From NCBI GenBank assembly GCA_043801585.1, contig JAZDLX010000022.1, positions 1 through 10,131 on the forward strand: a stretch of DNA of 10,131 bases. Reading direction: 5' to 3'. Every line of letters starts with the position of its first letter. Position 1 is the stretch's first letter. The notes below the pieces were generated by a model. That model ran no database searches, was not told where the DNA came from, and worked only from the letters and a program-made list of their open reading frames with translations. Positions 1 through 6,209 of the stretch are shown here, one piece after another. Both the position numbers and the translations under genes were made by a program. The stretch comes from a bacterium. GTDB taxonomy: Bacteria; Electryoneota; Electryoneia; Electryoneales; Electryoneaceae.

Positions 1-665
1 ATTCCCTCACGCCGGTCCCAGACCACTTTCATTTTCTGGTCGTGATGCTGTTCCTTCACCTTCCTGCGAACGCCCCGTGTCCAGTCCTCCCATTTGAGGT
101 AGACAAACCCGAAGATCATACCGCCGAGGTGGGCGAAGTGCGCAACCTGGCTGTTCGGGTTCAGTCCGCTGAAGAGCTCGATGGCGAACATGATGATTAC
201 GAAGTACTTCGCCTTAACCGGGAAAAAGAAGTAGAGATAGATCATCTGGTTCGGGAAAAGCATGCCGAAAGCGAGCAGGATGCCATATACCGCGCCAGAG
301 GCTCCGATGGTGGGAATCGGGCTGCCGGGCATGATCAGGGCGTTGATCAGGCCGGCGCCGACACCGGTAATCATATAGTAGACGAGAAACTTCTTCGGTC
401 CCCACACCTCCTCAAGGATCCGCCCGAACATCCAGAAGACAAACATATTGAAAAAGATGTGCCAGAAGCTGCCGTGGAGAAACATGTAGGTGACAACCTG
501 CCAAAGGTAGCCGTGCCAGAACAGCTGGGGAACCAATCCGAAGTAATAAGTCATCTGGCGACCGGCGACCTGCTGCAACAGGAAGACAACAATGTTGATA
601 AGGATCAGGGTCTGGATCATCGGTGGCATCAACCCGCGCCGGGACCCGCGTCCGAAGGCATTCAA
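1..665 (-). CDS. Rhomboid family intramembrane serine protease, 3' end truncated by the window edge
   Basis: Manual translation of the minus strand gives (M)NAFGRGSRRGLMPPMIQTLILINIVVFLLQ...WQVVTYMFLHGSFWHIFFNMFVFWMFG...IGASGAVYG...VAHFAHLGGMIFG...KMKVVWDRREG>. It has the rhomboid HxxxN motif, catalytic GxSG and AHLGG histidine. An in-frame stop at 687-689 bounds the start. TTG at 665 lies 7 nt after AAAGGA; ATG at 629 is the alternative start. Confidence 0.93.
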   Translation of the reverse strand, partial: MNAFGRGSRRGLMPPMIQTLILINIVVFLLQQVAGRQMTYYFGLVPQLFWHGYLWQVVTYMFLHGSFWHIFFNMFVFWMFGRILEEVWGPKKFLVYYMITGVGAGLINALIMPGSPIPTIGASGAVYGILLAFGMLFPNQMIYLYFFFPVKAKYFVIIMFAIELFSGLNPNSQVAHFAHLGGMIFGFVYLKWEDWTRGVRRKVKEQHHDQKMKVVWDRREG

Positions 666-688
666 GAGGCATTCCTTTCGTGGATTTC

Positions 689-714
689 ATACCGTCCTCC
701 AGCGAGGACGGTAT
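689..714. other. Perfect 11-bp hairpin in the rhomboid leader
   Basis: ATACCGTCCTC-CAGC-GAGGACGGTAT, with no clear U-tract on either strand. Confidence 0.6.
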
Positions 715-800
715 TCATTCGCCAGCTCGTTAAGATAAACCCATCACTTCCTGCCGGGTTCCAGCACCACCGCGGAACCGCCGCCTCCCCTCCGCGTATC

Positions 801-829
801 ATTCTAGAAAAGAGGGGGCACCTGTTCGA
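801..829 (-). promoter_or_regulatory. Possible sigma70-type promoter for the rhomboid gene
   Basis: Minus strand TCGAAC-N17-TAGAAT (-10 matches 5/6, -35 is weak). Confidence 0.35.
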
Positions 830-830
830 G

Positions 831-858
831 TGTAACCGTTGGGTTCGCCGGTTGTCAT
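831..858 (+). promoter_or_regulatory. Putative ECF-sigma promoter for the PDZ protein gene
   Basis: TGTAAC(831-836)-N16-TGTCAT(853-858), the AAC-N17-GT geometry typical of ECF promoters; strong SD GAGGAGGT at 903-910. Confidence 0.5.
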
Positions 859-915
859 AAAGATACACAACCGGATCGAAACGACCCACGCGATCCTGTA
901 AAGAGGAGGTAGGAT

Positions 916-1821
916 ATGAGACGTGGTCTGTTGGCGGGTTTGGGGGGCGGACTCTTTGCCATCATCTTCAGCCTGGCGTTTTTCGCCAACTCCGCCGCCG
1001 CCAAACCGCTCTCCGAGGGAGGGTTCCTTGGAGTGTACACCGACGAACTGGATATCGCGATGCTCGAGGCGATCCATTACGATGGCGAGGGCATCCTGAT
1101 CGAGGATGTGGTCAAGGATTCACCGGCGGACAAAGCGGGGATCAAACCTGGCGACATCCTGGTCAAATTCAATGATCGAACCATCCTTTCGCCACGAAGC
1201 TTCGAACGCGCCCTGTGGCGCACCGATCCCGGCGACGAGGCGACAATTGTCCTCTGGCGGGACAACAACGAACGCTCTGTTACCGTAACCCTGACCGAAA
1301 AACCTGAAACGGAAGCTCACCACATTTATTCCTTTCCATCCATTACCTGGATCGGCGACTCGCTCGATTTCCAGGCACCGAAGGTGGGCTACCTGGGCGT
1401 CACCATGAATGACCTCGGTGACCAGCTTGCCGACTATTTCGGAGCGAAAAAAGGCGGAGTCCTGATCGAATCTGTGGAAGAGGACTCCCCGGCGGAGAAG
1501 GCTGGTTTCAAGGCGGGTGATGTGATCGTCAAAATTGACCAGACGCGGGTAGACGAATCGGGCGAAGTTTCGGACCTGGTCCGCGAACACAAGAAAGGCG
1601 ACCAGGTGAAGTTTACCATCCTCCGTGATAAAAAGGAAAAAACGATTGCTGCGACGCTCGGCGAAAAAGATGGTTTTTACTGGAGCAGCGAATCCTTCGC
1701 ACCCGCATTAAGGAAAATCATCAGGTCCTCCTCCCGGCTCCATTTTCGGATTCATCCACCTCGGATCGATCTTTACCACGATGACGGCCGTGGCAAGCCT
1801 TTCTACGGTGATGCTGACTGA
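916..1821 (+). CDS. Secreted/periplasmic tandem PDZ-domain protein with no protease domain
   Basis: Sec signal peptide ending ...NSAAA|KP. Two PDZ repeats: GFLGV...EDVVKDSPADKAGIKPGDILVKFN and GYLGV...ESVEEDSPAEKAGFKAGDVIVKID. Strong SD. No trypsin-like GNSGG motif. Confidence 0.9.
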   Translation: MRRGLLAGLGGGLFAIIFSLAFFANSAAAKPLSEGGFLGVYTDELDIAMLEAIHYDGEGILIEDVVKDSPADKAGIKPGDILVKFNDRTILSPRSFERALWRTDPGDEATIVLWRDNNERSVTVTLTEKPETEAHHIYSFPSITWIGDSLDFQAPKVGYLGVTMNDLGDQLADYFGAKKGGVLIESVEEDSPAEKAGFKAGDVIVKIDQTRVDESGEVSDLVREHKKGDQVKFTILRDKKEKTIAATLGEKDGFYWSSESFAPALRKIIRSSSRLHFRIHPPRIDLYHDDGRGKPFYGDAD

Positions 1822-1843
1822 TCGGTTAACCGTTGAATCACTG

Positions 1844-1884
1844 TGCGGTGTGTGCCTGGATGGCGTACACCGCATTTTCTCTTT
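1844..1884 (+). terminator. Rho-independent terminator after the PDZ gene
   Basis: TGCGGTGTGTGCC-TGGAT-GGCGTACACCGCA (13-bp stem, 2 G-U pairs) followed by TTTTCTCTTT. Confidence 0.8.
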
Positions 1885-2044
1885 ACTCCACTCAGTATTT
1901 GCCGCTTTTTTACAGCAATCGTTCACAGTGAGGATCAACCCTCTGAAAGAGGCGATGCGACGTGTTGTCTACTCCCTGGATGCACCGTTCCGTATATTCC
2001 TCGAACCTGCGCGTCCGTTTCCTTGACCTATGCGAGTTTTTATC

Positions 2045-2524
2045 ATGCGTATCGAATACGTAAAACCCTTCATCGAGAGCGTCATCAAAACGATGGAGAT
2101 GATGCTTGGCGTCAAACCCCGGGTGCAGAAACCCTACCTGAAGGGAACACAGCCGAACTGGGGTGATGTCAGCGGGATTATCGGTTTTGCCGGAGAAAAG
2201 GTGATCGGATCAGTAGCGATCAGCATGCCGCAACGGTCCGCGCTCGGCGTCTATAAATTGATGATGTCGGACACCGTGACTGACATCACTCCTGACATTC
2301 AGGATTCGATCGGCGAGCTGACAAACATCGTGGCCGGAAACGCAAAGAACTTTTTTGCAGAACGCAATATGCATTTCAACCTCACGGTCCCCTCGGTGAT
2401 CGTCGGCAAACGTCACAACATCTCCTACAAGGAGAATGACAAGGTTCTGGTGATCCCCTTTGACATGGACAATGCGCCTTTCGTTCTTGAACTGTTGCTG
2501 AAAGTGGCGGACGAGCCGTCATGA
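2045..2524 (+). CDS. cheX: CheX-family phosphatase (CheY-P phosphatase)
   Basis: MRIEYVKPFIES N-terminus, DVSGIIGFAG...GSVAISM, catalytic ExxN in DSIGELTNIVAGNAK, then LTVPSVIVG; about 159 aa. ATG 2045 preferred over 2030 because it matches the typical CheX N-terminus. Confidence 0.92.
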   Translation: MRIEYVKPFIESVIKTMEMMLGVKPRVQKPYLKGTQPNWGDVSGIIGFAGEKVIGSVAISMPQRSALGVYKLMMSDTVTDITPDIQDSIGELTNIVAGNAKNFFAERNMHFNLTVPSVIVGKRHNISYKENDKVLVIPFDMDNAPFVLELLLKVADEPS

Positions 2525-2551
2525 AAACGTTGTCAACGTGAGCGAACGCAC

Positions 2552-2584
2552 CCCTGTTTGCATCGCAGACAGGGTTTCTTTTTT
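2552..2584 (+). terminator. Rho-independent terminator after cheX
   Basis: CCCTGTTTGC-ATC-GCAGACAGGG followed by TTTCTTTTTT. Confidence 0.82.
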
Positions 2585-2590
2585 GCCGAG

Positions 2591-2744
2591 GGAAGGTGAT
2601 GAAACTTGATCCAAAAGGGTCAGGCCAACCGACCCGGGCCACCCGTCCGGGGCCATCCACTCGAGACCAGGCAACCTGTCGGGATCAGCGGGTCTCAATG
2701 ACAAAATCCCGATCCGTCAGCAGACTGATCAAGCCACCCTTCAC
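2591..2744 (-). repeat. Palindrome cluster A (REP-like units or structured ncRNA), related to the cluster at 9803-9986
   Basis: Minus-strand units GGGTGG-CTTGATC..GATCGGG and GGGTGG-CCCGGGTC..GATCAAG-TTTC. Shares the exact 14-mer CCGGGCCACCCGTC (2634-2647) with 9852-9865. Confidence 0.55.
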
Positions 2745-2820
2745 TTCTAATAATCTCCGGTTTGTCGTCCAGCAGCGAACACATTTCTTCGCTCTAAGGC
2801 GGAAAACATCTTTGATATCA

Positions 2821-2852
2821 ACAAAAAACGGGCGACCGGGGCCGTCCGTTTG
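2821..2852 (-). terminator. Rho-independent terminator after the TPR lipoprotein gene
   Basis: Minus strand AAACGGACGGC-CCCG-GTCGCCCGTTT (one mismatch) running into TTTTTTG. Confidence 0.65.
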
Positions 2853-2873
2853 CAGGTTCTTCCAGGGGTTGAT

Positions 2874-3320
2874 TTATTCGCTCGTTTCCTTTTCGTCCTC
2901 TTTCTCCACACCCTCTTTGATCTTGCCCTCGCCCTCAAATAGCATTTTCTCGTAGGCTTCCACTCCCTGGCCCATTGTCCTGAGCTCCATTTCTGCGGAG
3001 AGCACAAGCTGGCTGTCGGAAACTGCTGAATAGCGATCGAGGAAGGTCTCGAAGGCTTCACGTGCCTTGCTGGTATCGTTCAACTCGTTGGCATAGAGGT
3101 AACCGATCATGAACTGTGCTTTTGCGGCTTCCGCGCTCTCGGGATAGTACTGAATGATCTTGCCGTAAACGCCGATTGCATCCTCGGTGTTCGACTCGAC
3201 CTGGGCTTTTTCGAGTCCTTTCTGCAATTCGTCCTGTGTCGGTTTTTTCGCGCACCCCGTTGCGAGCAAGGTCATGCCCGCAACCGTCACCGCCAGAATG
3301 AAAGCCATAACCCGATTCAT
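2874..3320 (-). CDS. TPR-repeat lipoprotein (BamD/YfiO- or CpoB-like TPRs)
   Basis: Lipoprotein signal ending ...LLATG|C. TPR pattern AIGVYGKIIQYYPESAEAAKAQFMIGYLY...AREAFETFLDRY. SD GGGGAGG; acidic tail. Confidence 0.85.
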   Translation of the reverse strand: MNRVMAFILAVTVAGMTLLATGCAKKPTQDELQKGLEKAQVESNTEDAIGVYGKIIQYYPESAEAAKAQFMIGYLYANELNDTSKAREAFETFLDRYSAVSDSQLVLSAEMELRTMGQGVEAYEKMLFEGEGKIKEGVEKEDEKETSE

Positions 3321-3348
3321 GAAAACCTCCCCTTAGTACTTGCCGCGC

Positions 3349-3377
3349 AATGTAGGAGCGGAGGCATGCACGTGCAA
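3349..3377 (-). promoter_or_regulatory. Putative sigma70 promoter for the TPR lipoprotein gene
   Basis: Minus strand TTGCAC-N17-TACATT, ending about 28 nt upstream of the ATG. Confidence 0.5.
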
Positions 3378-3383
3378 GTAACA

Positions 3384-4322
3384 CTACCTGCTTTCACGGC
3401 GACCCTCCGCGGCGGTGAACGCAAGAGCGGCTGCTCCGAGCAAACCCGACCGGTGCCTGAGACCTGCGAGTTTGAGTTCCGTCTGCTCCCAGTTGGGAGT
3501 GTAAGCCCGTTCCGCGGCAACTTCCCTCGCCGGAGCGAGGAGCCATTCTCCGGCCCCGGAGAGCCCACCGCCGATCAAAACCACCTGTGGATTGAACATG
3601 TTGACAAACCCACCAACCGCAAGGCCCAGCCAGCCGCCTATTCTCCTCCACACTTCGCGCGCCAGTTCGTCACCTGTTTCGGCAGCCTCTGACAGCCCGG
3701 CAGGATCTTCTGGGGAAGTTTCCGGGAAGTAGACCTCCTGCGCCGTTCGCATCGTCGCCTCTATGTTGCAATACGCCTCAAGACAGCCAAGGTTTCCACA
3801 CCCACAGAGCGGACCGTCCGGGGTCAACGGCACATGCCCCAACTCCGCCGCCCCTCCACCCGCGCCGCGAAGCACGATACCTCCGGTCATGACGCCGCCA
3901 CCCACGCCGGTTCCGAGGGTGAGACAGACGATGTCGGTCATGCCTTTTGCCGCACCCCAGCGGGTTTCCGAGTACACCAGAAGGTTGGCGTCATTCTCCA
4001 GGAGGACCGGAGTGTCTCCCGCTGCCTCGCGCACAAGATCCGCCAGCGGAACGTCCTTCCATTCGGGAAAATTGGGGGAAACACGGACAATCCTGCCCTC
4101 ACGGTCAATCAGACCGGGGGAACCGATACCGATTCCCGACAGTTTGCCCTTTGTCCTCGAAAACCCTTCCCGCACGATATCCCTGAGCAGGCCCGCAACG
4201 GTATCCGATTTTCGATCAGGCAACGGCACCCGATCCTCATGCACCGCATTGCCATCGCGATCCACGATTCCCCATTTGATCGAGGTCCCTCCAAGATCCG
4301 CACCGAGAACCTTATCCGTCAT
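3384..4322 (-). CDS. ROK-family sugar kinase (probable glucokinase)
   Basis: ADLGGT, GIGIGSPG, ENDAN, TLGTGVGGG, ELGH and the CGCGNLGCLE zinc motif. No N-terminal HTH, so a kinase rather than a repressor. ATG 4322 has GGAG 7 nt upstream and is preferred over the track start at 4367. Confidence 0.92.
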   Translation of the reverse strand: MTDKVLGADLGGTSIKWGIVDRDGNAVHEDRVPLPDRKSDTVAGLLRDIVREGFSRTKGKLSGIGIGSPGLIDREGRIVRVSPNFPEWKDVPLADLVREAAGDTPVLLENDANLLVYSETRWGAAKGMTDIVCLTLGTGVGGGVMTGGIVLRGAGGGAAELGHVPLTPDGPLCGCGNLGCLEAYCNIEATMRTAQEVYFPETSPEDPAGLSEAAETGDELAREVWRRIGGWLGLAVGGFVNMFNPQVVLIGGGLSGAGEWLLAPAREVAAERAYTPNWEQTELKLAGLRHRSGLLGAAALAFTAAEGRRESR

Positions 4323-4387
4323 TTTGACTCTCCGTAAAACCTCGTTGAGATTATTCGGCGTGCTCAATGTACAACGCTGACCCGCGG

Positions 4388-4501
4388 TTTTCCGGGACAG
4401 TTACCCTTCGCTGCGCGAAAGAGATACTGTCCCTCTGCGAAAGTGAAACTGTCCCAAAGAGGGTTTCCTGGATTTCCCGGGACAGTTACCTTTCGCTGTG
4501 C
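4388..4501. repeat. Four-unit GGGACAGT-N5/6-TTCGC direct/inverted repeat cassette
   Basis: Units at 4394-4411(+), 4415-4433(-), 4437-4455(-) and 4479-4496(+). A 29-bp direct repeat TTTYCCGGGACAGTTACCYTTCGCTGYGC occurs at 4388-4416 and 4473-4501. Confidence 0.85.
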
Positions 4502-4526
4502 AACAGGACAATCAACCCGGCGTTAT
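4499..4526 (+). promoter_or_regulatory. Putative ECF-sigma promoter for DUF1684-tmk
   Basis: TGCAAC(4499-4504)-N16-CGTTAT(4521-4526); SD GGAGGAG at 4542-4548. Confidence 0.42.
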
Positions 4527-4551
4527 CTGCGGCTGTCATCCGGAGGAGACG

Positions 4552-5451
4552 ATGAAACGCAAAACTTCTGCGCTGCTGACCTGCGTGCTTCTCACTTTTG
4601 CATTCGCAGTGCAGGCCTCGCCCTATGAGGATTCCCTGCGAGCGTACCGTGCGGAAGAGGATCAGTGGATACGGGAAGGAACAATCACGCCATTCACCGC
4701 CATCGGACAGGCGCTGCTCCGTGACGGGCAGGCGGTTCGTGTTGCGCTGGCGGCAGACACCCTGCTCCTCGACAAACCGACGGCAGATGTGGGCCTGCCG
4801 ACACTGGAAATACTCTGGCAGAGTTCTTCCAGCAAGGTGTATGTGCGTACTCCGCTTGGCGGACAATTCCGTCTCGGTTGGAAATCGGTCGAGCCGGTGC
4901 CGATGGAATACGCGGCGAACGACACCATTCGCGCTGAACGGTTTCTGCTCCAGGTGTATTTCAACGCCTCCGGTGGCCGGGTGATGGCATTCGATCCCAA
5001 GTACACCCTTCGTAAAAACTTCACGGGTCTCCATTGGTTCGAACCGGATGAAAGGTGGAAGGTCGAGGCCGCGGTGGAACCGATTGCCAATGGTGACACC
5101 GTGGCGATGACCACCTCGCTGGGACTGCGCAAGTACTACATTCGGCATGCGCTGCTCCACTTCCGCACTCCTGACGGGAGTGATCAGACCTTGACCCTTT
5201 TCCGTCCCGCTTCGGGCGATGATTATGGATTCATTCCGTTTACCGACACAACGACGGGCAGCGAAACGTACGGTGGCGGGCGATACCTGGATGTAGAAAT
5301 TCCCACGGAAGGAACGACTTCCATGTCGTTGGATTTCAACCGCGCGTACAACCCATATTGCGCTTATACGCATTACTATAATTGCCCAATTCCGCCAACG
5401 GAGAACAGGCTGTCCGTGCCGATCAGCGCAGGGGAGAAACGCTACAAATGA
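4552..5451 (+). CDS. DUF1684 family protein with Sec signal peptide
   Basis: C-terminal signature FTDTTTGSETYGGGRYLD...LDFNRAYNPYCAY...CPIPPTENRLSVPISAGEK. Signal peptide MKRKTSALL...AVQA|S. ATG 4552 follows GGAGGAG. Confidence 0.92.
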   Translation: MKRKTSALLTCVLLTFAFAVQASPYEDSLRAYRAEEDQWIREGTITPFTAIGQALLRDGQAVRVALAADTLLLDKPTADVGLPTLEILWQSSSSKVYVRTPLGGQFRLGWKSVEPVPMEYAANDTIRAERFLLQVYFNASGGRVMAFDPKYTLRKNFTGLHWFEPDERWKVEAAVEPIANGDTVAMTTSLGLRKYYIRHALLHFRTPDGSDQTLTLFRPASGDDYGFIPFTDTTTGSETYGGGRYLDVEIPTEGTTSMSLDFNRAYNPYCAYTHYYNCPIPPTENRLSVPISAGEKRYK

Positions 5452-6104
5452 GCCCACTCCTGCAGCCGGGCGACCCGGACCGTAAGGGCGCTCTGATCGT
5501 CTTCGAAGGCATTGATGGATCGGGCAAGTCAACGCAGGCGAACCTCCTTGCGGACCACCTTCGCGATCTCGAATTGGAGGTTGTTCTCTCGATGGAACCG
5601 ACCGATGGTCCTCATGGTCGAGCCCTCCGTGAGCTTTGGGTTTCGGGCGGCCGTCACGATGTTCGCGAGGAGTTGGAACTGTTTCGGCTCGACCGTAATC
5701 AGCATGTCCATGAAAAAATCGAACCTGCGTTACGCGCAGGGAAGGTCGTGATCCTCGACCGGTACTATTACTCCAGCGAGGCCTACCAGGGGGTGCGCGG
5801 AGGACCGACGCCCGACGAAATCCACACGATGATGACAGCGATCGCTCCCCGTCCCGACTGCACGCTGATCCTCGAGCTGGAGCCGAAGCAGGGATTTGAC
5901 CGGATCACCAGATCCCGTGCCGACACACCCAACGCTCTCGAACAGCTCGAGAATCTGCTCGCTGTTTGCAAGGTGTTTGATGAAATGTCCTATCCGGAGA
6001 TCCACCATGTGGATGCCAGCGCGGACGCCGAAACTCTTTTCCAAAGCGTCCTTGCTGCCGTGGTTCCTGTTCTGCGGAAGCTCGAACTCGTCCCTGTTCG
6101 CTGA
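5448..6104 (+). CDS. tmk: Thymidylate (dTMP) kinase
   Basis: P-loop FEGIDGSGKSTQ, EP motif, DRYYYSSEAYQG and PDCTLIL. The start overlaps the DUF1684 stop (ATGA, 5448-5451). Confidence 0.93.
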   Translation: MSPLLQPGDPDRKGALIVFEGIDGSGKSTQANLLADHLRDLELEVVLSMEPTDGPHGRALRELWVSGGRHDVREELELFRLDRNQHVHEKIEPALRAGKVVILDRYYYSSEAYQGVRGGPTPDEIHTMMTAIAPRPDCTLILELEPKQGFDRITRSRADTPNALEQLENLLAVCKVFDEMSYPEIHHVDASADAETLFQSVLAAVVPVLRKLELVPVR

Positions 6105-6138
6105 CCCCTTCGGAGACTCGATCGCTGTTTCCTATCAC

Positions 6139-6167
6139 TTCGCACTTCCTTTTGAGCATAGTATCTT
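6139..6167 (+). promoter_or_regulatory. Possible sigma70 promoter for prfA-prmC
   Basis: TTCGCA-N17-TATCTT in the 105-nt tmk/prfA gap; weak match. Confidence 0.25.
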
Positions 6168-6209
6168 CTCCTCGCGGCCCGTTGGCCGTTACGGATTGGA
6201 AAAAGAGCC

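Noticed and set aside
42..860. 272-aa plus-strand ORF in the track
   Set aside because: Antisense shadow of the rhomboid gene. Its His/Asp/Glu-rich translation is what the reverse of a hydrophobic protein gives, and it has no recognisable motif.
1823..1832. Perfect palindrome CGGTTAACCG just after the PDZ stop codon
   Set aside because: Several 10-bp palindromes are expected by chance in 10 kb, and there is no supporting context.
2605..2733. SAM-I riboswitch-like fragments in cluster A (CTTGATC...GGCAACC...GATCAAG)
   Set aside because: The AUC-NAGAG junction, kink-turn P2 and GGUGC-NAA strand are missing, and no downstream gene lies in the right orientation.
2596..2955. 119-aa ORF and other small ORFs across the cheX/TPR gap
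   Set aside because: They cross terminators and the hairpin cluster, overlap the TPR gene antisense, and have no recognisable motifs.
4388..4501. Mini-CRISPR reading of the 29-bp direct repeat
   Set aside because: There are only two copies, the 56-nt spacer is itself made of inverted copies of the repeat, and there are no cas genes.
4486..5532. 348-aa minus-strand ORF, and similar long antisense ORFs over ROK, prfA and prmC
   Set aside because: GC-rich antisense shadows of well-supported genes.
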